DNA from: Dipteris shenzhenensis
Lineage: Eukaryota
DNA length: 64,000 nt
NCBI GenBank assembly: GCA_047967505.1
Contig: CM106538.1
Reading direction: 5' to 3' (one strand)
Part shown: in pieces, positions 12,367-26,500 of the stretch
How positions within the stretch are numbered: position 1 is the stretch's first letter
Layout of the letters: each line of letters opens with the position of its first letter
Program-made: the position numbers and the translations under genes
Notes under the pieces: generated by a model
The model's input: only the letters and a program-made list of their open reading frames with translations
What the model was told of the DNA's origin: nothing
The model's database searches: none

Positions 12367-13835
12367 ATGTGGCCAGGAAGTGCTTCTAGCTCACTTGATC
12401 CACGAGAATCGATTTGGAAGGATTTATATAATCTTTTAGGGCACCCTCCTAGTCTTGCGGAGTTATACGGGTACATGACGGGTACCCTTAACACTCCCTA
12501 GGAGTCGGCACTACAGACTCCGAGCCACCCCACACCACCTGAGATCACCCCAGTGGAGTCCGCACAACCGTCTTATGCCCCTTCTTATGCCCCTTCCCCC
12601 GTACCGTCTTATGCCCCTTCCCCCATGCCGTCTTATGTCCCTTCTGCCATCCCGTCTTATGCCCCTTCCCCCATGCCGTCAGGAGGTCCTTCTATCTCGA
12701 CGAGCCGTCGACGTACTCCCCAGCCGTCGAGACTCGGTTCTCCAGCTACGAGTGGTCAGCATAGTCCCGTGCAGTCCCCAGCTATGAGTGGCCAGCGTAC
12801 GAGCTCGACATGACAGGGTAGCAGGCATAGTAGCAGGGAGAGCGGTAGCGGATGCATGGCACAGTGCTTTGGGCCATGTGGTAGTGAGGAGGAGGATGAT
12901 TCAGATGATTTGGATGTGCCTCTGCGTGATGGTACGATTTATTATGACATCACTCAGACAGGAGGCATCTTGATGGATGCGCGGGGGAAGGACATCATGG
13001 CCTTCATGTGCTCTGTAATTGCTAACAATTATAGAGATTGCTTTATCCACTATAAAGACCACCCAAAGAGGTTGGCTAATGAGACCCTCGCTACTGTTCG
13101 CTCTAGGTATCCTAACCCCCCCAATCGCAAGTTCATAGATAAATGGGGGAAGTCAAAGATTGTTACGATACTTAGCAATAAAAGATCTTCCCTTAAGAGG
13201 CAGGCACTAGCGGAGCTTGCCAGGATTGAGGTAGGTCAACCTCCAAGGGGCCCCACCCCACACCGCTCACAAGCGTGACTGGAAGAAGGCAATGAAGTCA
13301 GCGAGGGAGGAGCCTAGTCTGCAACACGTGGAGGCACGGAGGATCCAGATGGAGGAATATGGAAGCGCGCATTTTGGAGCAGGGGGTGTTGAATCATGGG
13401 AGGCCCAATTTGTAAGTATCGATCTCAAATTATATTGCTTATGTAGTTTATTAGGATGTTGGTTGTTTCTTTGTACTAATCCCTCCACAAAGTGTATCGC
13501 GGTCATGCAGCTTGAGATCGTGGGCAGATACCCTACTCCAGTGGAGACAGCCTACCACTGCCACCATCGCAGAGGAGATACATGGAGGCACTTCTATGAT
13601 GACGGGTTGATTACTGAGGAGCAGTATACCCGAGCTAATGGACAGGCCCCCCAGGTATTTGAAAGTAATTAAATAATGCCAAAATTATAAGTAAAGATTT
13701 GATTTTTCATACATTGATATATGTTGTCCCTTGTTTACAGGCCCGTGCACAAGACGATGAGGAAGAGGAGGAAGGAGGCGCAGAAGGGAGTGCAGAAGGG
13801 AGCGTGGAAGGGAGCGAGGACCTAGAGAACATAGA
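12367..13835 (+). pseudogene. CACTA ORF2 (TnpA/Ptta-like), element A
   Basis: Pro/Ser-rich N-terminus, YPNPPN, GSAHFGAGG then a GT donor; in-frame stops (e.g. TAG ~12499) and a frameshift near 13260. Confidence 0.75.
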
Positions 13836-14459
13836 TTAGTCGTATAAGTAATGCTAGCTACTCTTTTTTGTACTTTAAGCCACTGGCTTGGCTTCGTGCC
13901 TCTTGTATATAGACTCCTCTTATTTTTTGTACTTGAAGCCACATGACATGGCTTAGCTTCCTTATTTTTTGTACTTGAAGCCACATGACGTGGCTTAGCT
14001 TCGTGCTATATGTATATACAAGCACTTTTTGAGCTTTCAATTTTATTGCATTTTGGAGTTGTAATATTTTATTTGGAATTGTAATTAAAATGCGGTTGGC
14101 TGTAAGAATTGAATTACAGAATGTGGATATGGGATTCTTGTAACTATATAGCATACACAACATACACACTATTCTGTAAAATTAAAAAAAAAAAAAGGGC
14201 GCGTCTATCAGTGCGTTTAAAAATGCGTTTATATTCGCGTCTGTCTGTTCGACTTGCGTCTATAAAAGCATTTATAAGCGCATCTATTTATGCATCTTTG
14301 TGCACGTCTATACACGCGTAAGTCTGATATATAGACGCGCAATTAGACGCGGGTCTCCAGACACACAAATAGACACGCAAATAGACACGCCCGTAAGTTT
14401 TTATTTTAGTTCATGAAACGCGTCTGTGCATGCGTCTATGGGTGCTTTGTCTTGTTGTG

Positions 14460-14799
14460 CTCCCTCCCTACTCTCTCCCTCCCTCTGGTGGCCATGGCTG
14501 CCAGAAGTTTCATTCCCTCTCTCTCCCTCTCTCTCTTTTTCTCTCTCTCCCTCTCTCTCCCTCTCTCTCTTTCTCTATCCCTAAGTCTCCCTCCTCTCTT
14601 CTCTCTCTCTCTCTCTCCCTCTCCCTCCCTACTCTCTCCCTCCCTCTAGCAGCCACGGCTGCTAGGAGACCCTCTTCTCTCTCTTAATCTCTCTCTCCCT
14701 CTCTCCCTCGGCCGCCAAGAGTTTTCATCCTCTCTCTCTCTCCCTCCGCCCCTCTTCTCTCTCTTAATCTCTCTCTCTTTCTCTCTTTCTCTCTCTCTC

Positions 14800-14849
<50 letters not shown>

Positions 14850-14851
14850 TT

Positions 14852-14911
<60 letters not shown>

Positions 14912-16493
14912 CTACTTTCTCTCCCTCCTTTCTTTTCTCTCTTAATCTCTTGCTCTCTCTCTCACACTCTCTCTCTGTCTCCTCTCTCTCTCTAGCTCTT
15001 TCTTTCTCTCTATCTCTCTTTTCAAATTTAGAACACAAATTTCAATAAGAAATTAATTGAAATAGAACTCACAAACTTTAACAAGAAACTAATTGAAAAA
15101 GAATTGTAAGTAAAGAAAAAGAATTACAAGACGAATTGTAGAATTGCGAGTAAAGAAAAAGAATCGCAAGTACCTAGAAAAAGTGAAAAAAGTAAGGCTC
15201 CACTTATCCTTTCTCTTCCGCTCTTGGTTGCTTCAATAAAATGAGGAGAGAATGAGAATGAATGAATGGAAAGTAGAGTATATATAAGAAAAACTAGCCC
15301 ACTCCTCCCACTCACGAATAAATTTGAATTTTTAAAAAAGAGAGGGAAATTTGAATTCATTCCTTTAGATAAATTTGAATTCAAATTTGTGTTCAACATT
15401 CTTCTTGATTCTTTCTTCTCGTAAGTACCTCTTCATTCTTCTCATAAGTCAAATCTTATTTGTCGCTCTTGCTCGTGATCGTTCTACTCCTAGTTGTAAG
15501 AATTCGACCTCTCTCCCTGTACTCCTCTCCTCTTCTCTATGTAGTGGGCTCTCTCTCTCTCTCTCTCTCTAATGGAGCTCCCTCTCTATGCGATGGAGCT
15601 CCCTCTCTAGTCGCATATCTCTCTCTCTCTAGTCGCATACCTTCCCAACTTTCCTCTAGTCGCGTACCTTCCTCTCTCCCTCAAGTCTTCTCATCTCTCC
15701 TCTCTCTCTAGTCGCTTACCTTCCCCTCTCCCTAAAGTCTTCTCATCTCTCTTTTCTCTCTACTAGTGTTTCCCTCTCCATCACATCTTCTCACCCCTCT
15801 CCCTCCCTCACTCCTCTCCCTCCCTTACTCTTCTAGCTCTCCTCTCATCCCTAGGGGCCGCGGCCCCCAGGAGTCCTCTCTCTCTCTCTCTTCCTTCTCT
15901 CTCTCTCCTCCCCTCCCCCCCCTCTCTCTCTCTCTCTCCCTCCCCTCCCTCCCCTCACTCCTCTCTCCCTCTCCCCTCCCTTTTCCTCACTCCTCTCACC
16001 CTGGGGCCGCGGCCGCCAAGACCCCCCCTCTCTCTCTCTCTCCCTCCCCTCCCTCTCCTCACTCCTCTCACCCCCTCTCTCTCTCTCTCTCTCCCCCTCC
16101 CCTCCCTCTCACCCTAGTGGCCGTGGCCGCCAGGACCCCCCCCTCTCTCTCTCTCTCTCCCTCCTCTCTCTCTCTTTCCCTCCCCTCCCTCTCACCTCCC
16201 CTCCCTCTCACCCAAGGGCCGCAGCCGCTAGGACCCCCCCTCTCTCTCTGTCTCTCTCTCTCTCCCTCCCCTCCCTCCTCTCCCCTCCCTCTTACCCTGG
16301 CGACCGCGGCCACCAGGACCCCCCCTCTCTCTCTCCCTCCCCTCCCTCTCTTCACTCCTCTCACCACCTCTCTCTCTCTCTCTCTCTCCCTCCCCTCCCT
16401 CTCACCCTGGCGGCCGTGACTGCCAGGACCCCCCCTCTCTCTCTCTCTCCCTCCCCTCCCTCTCACCCGGGGGCCATGGCTGCCAGGACCCCC

Positions 16494-16542
<49 letters not shown>

Positions 16543-16768
16543 CCCTCCCTCCTCTCCCCTCCCTCTCATCCTGGCGGCCATGGCTGCCAGGACCCCCCCC
16601 TCTCTCTCTCTCTCGCTTGCTCTCTCTCTCTCCCTCCCCTCCCTCCGCTCTCTCTCCCTCCTCTCTCTCTCACCCTGGTGGCCGTGGCCGCCAGGACCCC
16701 CTCTCTTGCTCTCTCTCCCTCCCTCCCCTCCCTCCTCTCTCTCACCCTGGCGGTTGCGGCCGCCAGGA

Positions 16769-16822
<54 letters not shown>

Positions 16823-18860
16823 CCCCTCCTTGGGGGCTGCGGTCGTGATGACACCCTCTCTCACCCTCTTGCCGCCCCCTCACCCTCTCGCTGCCCCTCG
16901 CCCCCTGCTCCCCCTACCCCCGCCGCCCCCCCTCCTATCTCGCACCGCCCCCTACCCACCCTGCCTCCCTCCTCTGTCTCTCTCCCTCCCCTCCCTGCCC
17001 TCCCTCTCGCCTCCCCTTGGTAGCCGTGGCCGCCAGGATCCCCTACCCCCCGCCCCAACCTCCCTCCCTCTTGCCTCCCCCTGGTGGCCGTGGTCGCCAG
17101 GACTCCCTACCCCTGTCGTTCGCCTCTCCCCCCCTCCAACCTCTCGCCTCCCGCTACCCTGTCGCCCTCGCTCCCCCCTACTGTGCCGCCCCCTACCCCT
17201 GCTCCCTCCCCTCCCTCCTCTCTCTCCCCTCCCTCCCCTCCCTCTCGCCTCCCCCTGGCGGCCGCGGCCGCTAGTACCCCCTACCCCCCTCCCCTCCCTC
17301 TCGCCTCCCCCTAGCGGCCGTGGCTGCCAGGATCCCTTCCTCCTCTCTCTCCCCTCCCTCCCCTCCCTCTCGCCTCCCCCTGGTGGCCATACCCGCAAGT
17401 ACCCCCCCTCCCCTCCCTCCCCTCTTTCTCTCATCCCCCTAGCGGTTGCGGCTACCAGGATCCCCCCCTCCCGCCTCTCGCCTCCCCCCCTCTTGCCTCT
17501 TGCCTCCCCCTACCTTGCTCCCCCCTACCCCACCGCCCCCCGCTCCCTCCCCTCCCTCCTCTCTCTCTCCCTCCCCTCCCTCCCCTCCCTCTCGCCTCCC
17601 CCTGGCGGCTGCGGCGTGGCCGCCAGGACCCCCCCTCCCACCTCTCGCCTCCCCCTATGCCCCCGCTCCCCCTCCTACCTCCCCCTACCCCTGCTCCCTA
17701 TTCCATCTCCCTGCCTCCCTCTACCCCGCTCCCTACGATGACCCCTACCTTGCCTCCTCCCCCTCCCTACCCCCGGTCCTCCCTCTCCCCTCTACCCAGC
17801 CGCCCCGCTCGCCGCCCCCTACCCCGCCTCCACCCCACCGTCCCTAGCCCCAGTCCCTCCAGCCTCCCCCTTCCCCCCGCTCGTCGCACCCTACCCCGCC
17901 TCCCCCCCCTCCCTACCTCCGCTCCTCCCTCCCTCTTCCTCCCTCCCTCCCTCTCTCCCTCCCTCCCTCCCCTTTTCTGTCGCTCCTCCCTCCCTCCTTT
18001 TCTCCCTCTCATCCCCCTCCACTTCCCTCTTCCTCCTGGAGGCTGCAGCCTCCAAGGCTTCTCTCCTTCTCCCTAAACTTTCTCTCTCTGTAGTTCCTCT
18101 CTCTCTTTCTTTCTTTCTCTCTCTTTAAAATTTTTTTAAAAAATCTAGATAAAGAATTAATCAAAAAAATTTACAAGTACCTGGAAAAAATTTGTAAGTT
18201 TGCTCTTTCTTGCTTTCTTGCTCTTCCTTCCTTGCTTTCTTGCTCGTCCTTGCTTTCTTGCTTTCTTGCTTCAATGAATGAAATGAGAGGAGAATGAATG
18301 AAGAAGGAAGACTATATATAAGAAAAATTAGGTTTTCCTCCTCCTCTCCTATTGGCTTTACATTCCTCCCCTCTCTCCTATTGGCTTTTCATTCCTCCCC
18401 TCTCCCATTGGCTCCCATTACTCCCCCTCTCCCATTGGACACCATCCCTCATCCCAATCTTCCATTGGCCCTCCCCCCATCCATCTCTTCTTCCTCCCCC
18501 ATTGCCACCACTCCCATCCCACATTTCCACCACGTCCCATACTCCTCCCATTTCCCAAAATCCCATATTTCCCCATCTCACCCTCCTCTTTTTCATCCCC
18601 TATTAACTCCCCTCACTCATTTCACTCCCTTATTACCTCCCCCTCTCCCATTCCATTCTTCCCTCCCCACTCTCACTTCCACTTCCCATTACTCACTTGC
18701 CATTTGCAAACTATTAATATATTATTATACTATTTTTTATACTTATTCTCATACACCCCTATTACTTCCCCTCTCCCATTCCACTCCTCCCTCCTCACTC
18801 CCACTTCCACTTCCCATTACTCACTTGCTATACACATTTGCAAACTATTAATATATTATT
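14460..18860. repeat. C/T-rich low-complexity array punctuated by a palindromic CTGGCGGCCRTGGCCGCCAG(GACCCC) motif
   Basis: Motif recurs at e.g. 14485, 16001, 16114, 16296, 16407, 16571, 16675, 16747, 17081, 17254, 17311, between (CT)n and poly-C spacers. Confidence 0.85.
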
Positions 18861-19139
18861 ATATGATTTTTAATACTATTTGCAAACTTACATATGGGCA
18901 AAATCACAGGTGTCAAAGCGATCCTATTGTGGTCATACAACAACTGTGCTTTTATTCAAGGGCGCATTTACAAGGGCATATTTATCCTCATCAACAAGCT
19001 TATTTCAGCTTTTATTTTGACACAATGCTGAAGGTATGAAGTGCATAATTTTTGCACTAGGTGTTTACTTTGTTGTATCAAAATTGTTTGCCACACACAC
19101 ACACATATACACATACCGAGAATTTTCTAATATTATCGC

Positions 19140-21692
19140 ATCTACATTTCTCCGATGGGCACAAAACTTTGTACATGCCTCAACCTAGGTCGTATTGACT
19201 TGCATACAAAGTGGTGCACCCATCTCATAAGTACTTGTTCGGATAACACACCTACAAATGTATTTTATGATGATTGTGCATAACACTAGGAACAAAATGG
19301 TGTATAATGTGCGATCGACTATGCAAAGCATATCCAATGGACACAAGTCTTTGCACGTTCCTCAACCTAGGTAGTATTGACTTGTGTGCAAAGTGGCATC
19401 CCCATCCGATAAGTACTTGTTTGAAAAATACACCTAGGATCATGTTTTTTGACGGTTCTACATGACACCATGGCAAAAACGGTATTTAATACTTAATCTA
19501 CCATGTAAAGCATATCCGACGGGCACAATAATTTGCACGTGCCTCAAAAGCGGTGGTATGGTGTTCCATGCAAAGTGGAATGCCCATTCAATAAGTACTT
19601 GGTATGATAATACACCTAAGAGCGTGTTCTTTGACGGATGTGCATAACACTAAGGGGAAAATGGTGTATAATGTGTGATCCCCCATGTAAAGCATAATCG
19701 ATAGACACAATACTGTGCACGCACATCAACCTAGTTAAAATTGACTTTCTTGCAAAGTGGCTCCCCCATCCGACAAGTACTTTTTAGAATATCACACCTA
19801 GGACCATGTTTTTTATTGGTTGTTGTCCATGACACTAAGGCAAAAACGCTGTTTTATGCTTAATTGACAATGCAACCCATATCCGATCATCACAATACTT
19901 TTCACACATCTCAACCTATGTATTATTGACTTACACTCAAAGTGGCATGCCCATCCCATAAGTACTTAGTCGAATAACACATCTAGGACCGCGTTTTTTG
20001 ATGGTTGTGCATGACACTAAGGCCAAAACGGTGTTTAATGCTTGTTCGACAACGCAAAGCATATCCGATGGGCACAAAACTTTACATGAGTCTCAACAAT
20101 TGTGGTATTAAATTTCATGCAAAGTGGTACACCCATCTGATAAGCAGTTGGTCGGATAACACACCTAAAAGCGTGTTTTTTTATGGTTGTGCATGACATT
20201 GAGGCACAAACGGAGTTTAATACGTGATATACCTACAAAGTACATCCGATGGGCACAATACTTTGCACCCACCTCAACCTAGGTGTTATTTAGTTGCATG
20301 AAAAGTGGTGTATCGGTTAGATAAGTACTTGATCCGATAACACACCTAGGACCGTGTTTTTTTATAAATGTGCTTGACACTAAGGCCAAAACGGTATTTA
20401 ATGCTCAATCAACCATGCAATGCATATCCGATCGGCACAATACCTTACTTGCACCTCAACCTAGGTGGTATTGACTTGTTTGAAAAAAGGCACACCCATC
20501 AGATAAGTACTTGGTTGGATAATACACCTAAGGGCGTCTTTTTTTACGAATGTGCATATCACTAGGGGAAAAACGGTGTACAATGCGTGATCGACCATGT
20601 AAAGCATATCCAATGGCTACAATACTTTGAACTCACCTCAACCTAGTTGAAAGATACTTGCGTGCAAAGTGGAGCCCCCATTCGATAAGTACTTGTTTGA
20701 ATAACACACCTAGGATCGTGTTTTTTTATGGTTGTGCATTACACTAGAGCGAAAATGTTGTTTTATGCTTCATCGACAATGCAAAGCATATCTGATGGGA
20801 ATAATACTTTGCACACACCTCAAACTAGTTGGAATGGATTGACATGCAAAGTGGCATGCCCGTCCTATCAGTACTTGATTGGATAACATACCTAGCAGCA
20901 TGTTTTTTTATGGATGTGCATGACACCAAGGCAAAAATGGTATTTAATGCTCGATCAACCATGCAAAGCATATCTGATGGGCACAATACTTTTCCTACAC
21001 CTCAACCTAGGTGGCATTGACATGTTTTCAAATAGGCACACCCATCCGATAAGTACTTGGTCAGATAACACACCTAAGGGCGTGTTTTTTTGTGGATGTG
21101 CATATCACTAGGGGAAAAACGGTGTATAATGTGTGATCGGCCATGCAAACCATATCCTATGGTCACAATACTTTGCAAGCACCTCAACCTAGTTGAAAGA
21201 TACTTGCTTGCAAAGTGGACCCCCATCTGATAAGTACTTGTTTGAATAACACACCTAGGACCGTGTTTTTTTATGGTTTGTGCATTACACTAAGGCAAAA
21301 ACGGTGTTTTATGCTTGATCCACAATGCAAAGCATATCCGATGGGCACAATACTTTGCACACACCTTTAACTAGGTGGAATTGAATTACATGCAAAGTGG
21401 CATTCCCATCGCATAAGTACTTGATGTGCATGACACTAAGGCAAAAAATGGTATTTAATGCTCGATCGACCATTAAAAATATATCTGATGGGCACAAATT
21501 ATGGATGTGCATGACACTAAGGCAAAAATGGTATTTAATGCTCGATCGACCATGAAAATCATATCTGATGGGCACAATACTTTTCCTATGCCTTAACCTA
21601 GGTGGTATTGAAATGTTCCCAAAGAGGCACACCCATCCGATAAGTACTTGGTCAGATAACATACCTAAGGGCGTGTTTTTTTACAGATGTGC
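19140..21692. repeat. ~182-bp tandem satellite, ~14 copies, with trimeric higher-order repeat
   Basis: CAACCTAG-like anchor at 19181, 19363, 19545, 19727, 19912, 20094, 20275, 20457, 20639, 20821, 21003, 21185. Confidence 0.92.
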
Positions 21693-23589
21693 AAATAGTT
21701 ATGTCTATAGACACGCTGTTATACATGAAGATAGACACGCTTTGTTATTTTTCCATGGCCTGGCCTGGCCTTCACTTCTTTTCCCTTCCCTTTCCTTTCC
21801 TTTCTCTTACCTCTTCCCTTTCCCTTTCCACTTCCACTTCCAAGAAAAGGATTGCATATTGAATGATGGAAATAAGTGATTGCATGAATGATGGAAAGGA
21901 ATTGCATGATTGAAGAAGGGAATTGCATGAATGATGGAAAGGGAAAGCATGATTGAAAAAAGGGATTGCACTCTATATTTTCCTCTCTTTTTCCTTCTCT
22001 CTTTTATCCTCTCTTTCCTTCTCTTTTCGTCTCCTTTTTCTCTCTGATCTCCTCTCTTTTTCTCTCTTTTCTTCTCCTCCCTTTTCCTCTATTTTCCTCT
22101 CTTTTCTTCTCTCTTTTATCCTCTCTTTCCTTCTCTTTTCGTGGTAATTTTTCTCTCTTATCTCCTCTCTTTTTCTCTCTTTTTTCCTCTCTTTTCCTCT
22201 CCTTTCTCCTCTCTTTTATCCCCACTTTTTCTCTCTCTTTCTTCTCTCTTTTCCTCTCTTTTCTCCTCTCTTTTCTACTCTCTTTCCTTCTCTCTTTTTC
22301 TCTCTTTTTCTCTTCTTTTTCTCTTCTCAACTTATCAATAATCTTCTTTTTTTCTTTTTTCCAGTTCATCATGTGGCCAGGAAGCTCTTCAGGCTCACCT
22401 AATCTTTGGGAGACCATCTTTTGGGAGTTATATAGCCTTTTGGGGCACCTCCCAGTCCTAGGGAGTTATACGGCTACATGATGGGTACTCTAAACACCCC
22501 CGAGGAGTCGGCACTACAGACTCCAAACCACCCCAACCCCACACTAGCTGAGATTACCTGAGCGGAGTCAACATAACCCAGCTGGCTACACAGCCGAGCC
22601 CCTTCTCCCATGCCATCCTATGTCTCTTCCCCCATGCCATCCTATGCCCCTTCCCCCATGCCGTCAGGAGGCCCTTCTGCCTCACAGAGCCATTGGCGTA
22701 TTCCCGTGCTGTTGAGACTTGGTTCTTCAGCTACAAGTGGTCCACGTAGTCCCATGCAATCAAGAGTCGCTTCTCCAACTACGAGTGGCCAATGTACTAG
22801 CTCAACATGACACAGTATTAGCCATAGTAGTAGGGAAAGCGGTGGGGGATGCATGGCACAGTGCTTTGGGAGGGGTGGTGGTGGGGACAAGGATGATTCA
22901 GATGATTTAGACGTGCCTTCGGGTGATGGTACGATCTACTATGACATCACTCAAACAGGAGGCATCTTGATGGATGCACGGGGGAAGGACATCATGGCCT
23001 TCATGCGCTCTGTAATTGCTAACAATTATAGAGATTGCTTTATTCACTACAAAGACCATCCAAAGAGGTTGGCTTATGAGACCCTCGCTGCTGTTGGCTC
23101 TAGGTATCCTAACCCCCCCAATGTTCAGTTCACAGATAAATGGGCCAAGTCAAAGATTGTTACAATACTTGGCAATAAAAGATCTTCCACAACAACACAA
23201 AGCAACTATAGACGTGCTTGATAGACGCGCAAAATAATGGGCACGTCTATAGGCATTGCTTGAATAGAGAAATTACGGGTGCATCTAATAGCACGTCTAA
23301 CAGGTCGGTTATTTACGTGTGTATTGACACGTCTATTAGTGCATCTACACTGAGAAAATACGGGGCCGTCTAATACTGCATCTTTCACAGTGTCTATTTG
23401 CACATGTATTAGTGCATCTATTAGCACATCTACAGTAAGAATTAGATGCGTATTTAGATGCAAAACAGAGAATATAGAAAGTGAGATTTTGGTGTACATC
23501 ACTATTTTCCAAACATTGCCCATGATTACCAAAGCACATAATTTTAACAAAAACATCAATGCTTTTTTGCAAGCCCACATATACAAGAA

Positions 23590-26500
23590 TTAAGTGAGGT
23601 GAGGAGAATGAGACAATATGTAAAATAGTTTTGCCAATATCAATGATGGGCTACGGTTCAATCTCATCAGATCAACCCTTGCCAAACTATCTACTTCAAA
23701 ATCCAAACAAGTGTTTAGATCTACAAATACATTCAACCCACTACTACTTGTGCTACTCATGTGCTCATCGAAATCAGCATCACCAATGGTAGACTCGTCC
23801 TCACAGGTAATCGCCTCAATATCTGTATCTCCTATCTCATGATCATCCTCCTCTCTTGTATCACGGTCATCATCACCTCCATGGCCATGATCATCCTCCA
23901 TATGCTCCATATTAGTAAATGTACTATACATCACTTTGGAACATGGCATAATAGGTATGACATGCCACCATCTATTATTATCCACCATTGGTTGATAGAC
24001 AACCTAATTCAAACACAAATACAATCATGTTATTTTCCTTGCACCGAAGGTATCAAATATTTAAAAGCGAGTATTTTTATATGTGTGCATAGTACCTGTT
24101 CACATTGTTGCGGTAGTACTAGTGTGTCCTTCCTACTTTGCCAAAACTTTGTGGAGTCAATAGTTACAAAGCCACTTGCATGGCGTTTGATTGTTGCATT
24201 AGGGCCTCTTTCCACCACGTCCTTAAACCACTTTACATCCAAAACATACACAAAGAAGCGTCGAAAGTAAAGCTTAATAATATCTTGGATTATGTCACAA
24301 TAATCATCCATGGCTCCATTGGCTCCCTCAAAGCTAGCAATGACGCTGCAATCTTGTGTGTTTCTCTTATCATGAATCCGTTGTGTTCGAAAATGCTTGC
24401 CCTCACACCATATAGCATTGAACATAGTGCACTACACCAAGAAAAAATCAATTAAATAAGCAATCTAAATTATTGAAAGCTCCTAACTTATGCATAACAT
24501 TCTATATACCGACCTTGCTCATGCATCCCCTAGCATACTCCCATTCTTCCATTGTGATATGCATCCCCTCGTCTTTCTCTGCTTTCTCCATTGCATCAAG
24601 TAGCCAATCCACATGAATATCCTTTGGAAGTGCTCTTAGATACTGAGGGTATGGCACATGAGATCGGTGGTGTGTATGAAAGAGGGCCCTTTCTTCTTGT
24701 ATTCTTGCCTTTGCATCCTCGTATCTTGTCACCCATCTTTTCATCACATCACTATTAAGTACGCAATAGAGGTTGATATTATTAAGCAACTCCGTGTCTA
24801 TTACTTTGTTGCGTCCTTTCCCTTGAGGCACAATAGAGGTCATCCTAAGGTCTTCATCATCTCTACATAGTCGTGGGAGAGAGCTATCCACATCAACAAG
24901 GTATGCTACCTTCGGGTCTTGCATTTTGTCTCACGAAGTCCTTCAAGGTCTTCATGAAGCACTCGAGGAAGAATAACCATTGTGCATGTATAGTACCACA
25001 TATATCAATCTCATCCACCAAATGCACTATAAGATGTATAAGTTGGCTTGTGAGAATAGAACGTGGAAATGTATCCTCCAATAAACAAACCACCTCCACT
25101 AACATAACTCGAGCATTCTCAAGCATGGTGGGATCTATTTCCTTTGAGCTCACATACCTAGAAATGAAAAAGGACACCATATTACCAATATGAACACCTT
25201 GCATGGAGCATTGATACGCATCATATTTTGTATCATGTAAAGTACCTCACAAGCTTGCCCATCTTGTAAATACAATCCTTCACGTCCTTCGATGCACTAC
25301 GAGAAATGCTAGTAGGCAGTATGAACTAAACCCACGAGGAGGTGGTTGATTAGTTGCTTATCATTATTCACTCACAAATTTGAAAGGAAAAAGATATTAT
25401 GCACATAAAATACTTACTTGGAGCATCTTGTGCCAATCATGAGATTTGAAGCCATATAATTACTCTACACCTCTTTTCTTGCTCTTTGTAAAGGCCCCCT
25501 TCAAACACCTCATGCATCCAGTGGGAGTATGAATTGTAGTAATATCGCGCTTCACCGCCGCCATCTCTAGCTTTGATAACCTCCACGGTGCATGAGGTAA
25601 AAAAACACGCCCATTTGGTTTCTTGTGGCCAAGCTTCATGCATCCTCCCTGTGGTACGTAGATCCTCCCTTATGCCTATGGAATCTCGTGTCTTATTCAA
25701 ATGCTTCCAAATGGTAGATGCCACATTCTTGAAGATATGCATGGGATCAAGCAGGTGATTGATCTTGAGGTGGGACCAATATGGTAAATGATGAAAGATG
25801 GAGTGTCTAAACAAAAGCTCGTGTTAGCGAGCAATCTTTATTTCCAGCCAATATAGCACACAATAGTCACAAACCCTTACCGGCTCATGGATTTGCACTT
25901 GAACATATATTGGATGCAAGGGATTATGGGAAAATGTTGCAGAACCTTAGAGGCACGATGTCCAAAGTTTTGAGATCTGCTCTATATCTTGCCTCTCCAC
26001 AAGTAGGACACTCTCTTGCATCCTTATGTAGTCCACAAAACAAAACACAATCATTGACGCATGCATGGATGCGCTTGTAATCTAATCCTCCAAGAGAGGT
26101 TACATGTTGCCTTGCCATATCTCTTGAGGTCGGTAATTTATTCTCCCTTGGAAGAATTTTACACAATAGCCTACACGTGAAGACCATAAATGAGGAAAAG
26201 CATTCGAGTAATTGACCCACTAGCATAATTCACCAAGTTTGCAAAATAGACTTTAAAGCTTACTTAACTAATGCATTCAAACTTGCATTGCTCCATCCAT
26301 AGATGGTTTGCAAGTTTAGTAACTCAAGGGAGGCACGTAGAACAGAGAATGTGCACCCCTCAAATAGTGGAGTCTATGCTATGGTAAAAAGATTGTCGTC
26401 CTGCTCCATGCTATCATCCCTCCCTTCGGATTGATGGACATATAAATCCCGCACCATAATATCAAACACCTCCTCCTCCACGGCTTCATGAGGTAATGGC

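Larger units (their letters stand above)
6890..14459. mobile_element. Family-1 CACTA/EnSpm element A, full length (7570 bp), CACAA termini
   Basis: TIRs CACAACAACACAAAGCA (6890) and TGCTTTGTCTTGTTGTG (14459); 3-bp TSD CTC; TAGACGCG subterminal repeats; Tnp2 gene plus ORF2. Confidence 0.95.

Noticed and set aside
15780-17650. CRISPR-like look of palindromic repeats with spacers
   Set aside because: Spacers are low-complexity and variable in length, there are no cas genes, and the context is eukaryotic
15766-18851. Long Pro/Leu/Ser- or Arg/Glu/Gly-rich ORFs (e.g. 16416-17741)
   Set aside because: Translations of CT/C-run low-complexity DNA that lacks stops
19140-21692. Calling the array centromeric
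   Set aside because: Only ~14 diverged copies; monomer length alone is not evidence
19252-21879. Repeated ~65-aa ORFs in the 182-bp array
   Set aside because: Unit length is not a multiple of 3 and stops are frequent
21953-22481. Phe/Ser/Leu-rich membrane-like ORFs (also 46499-46825, 48204-48651, 58836-59207)
   Set aside because: Pyrimidine-rich intron or low-complexity tracts within CACTAs
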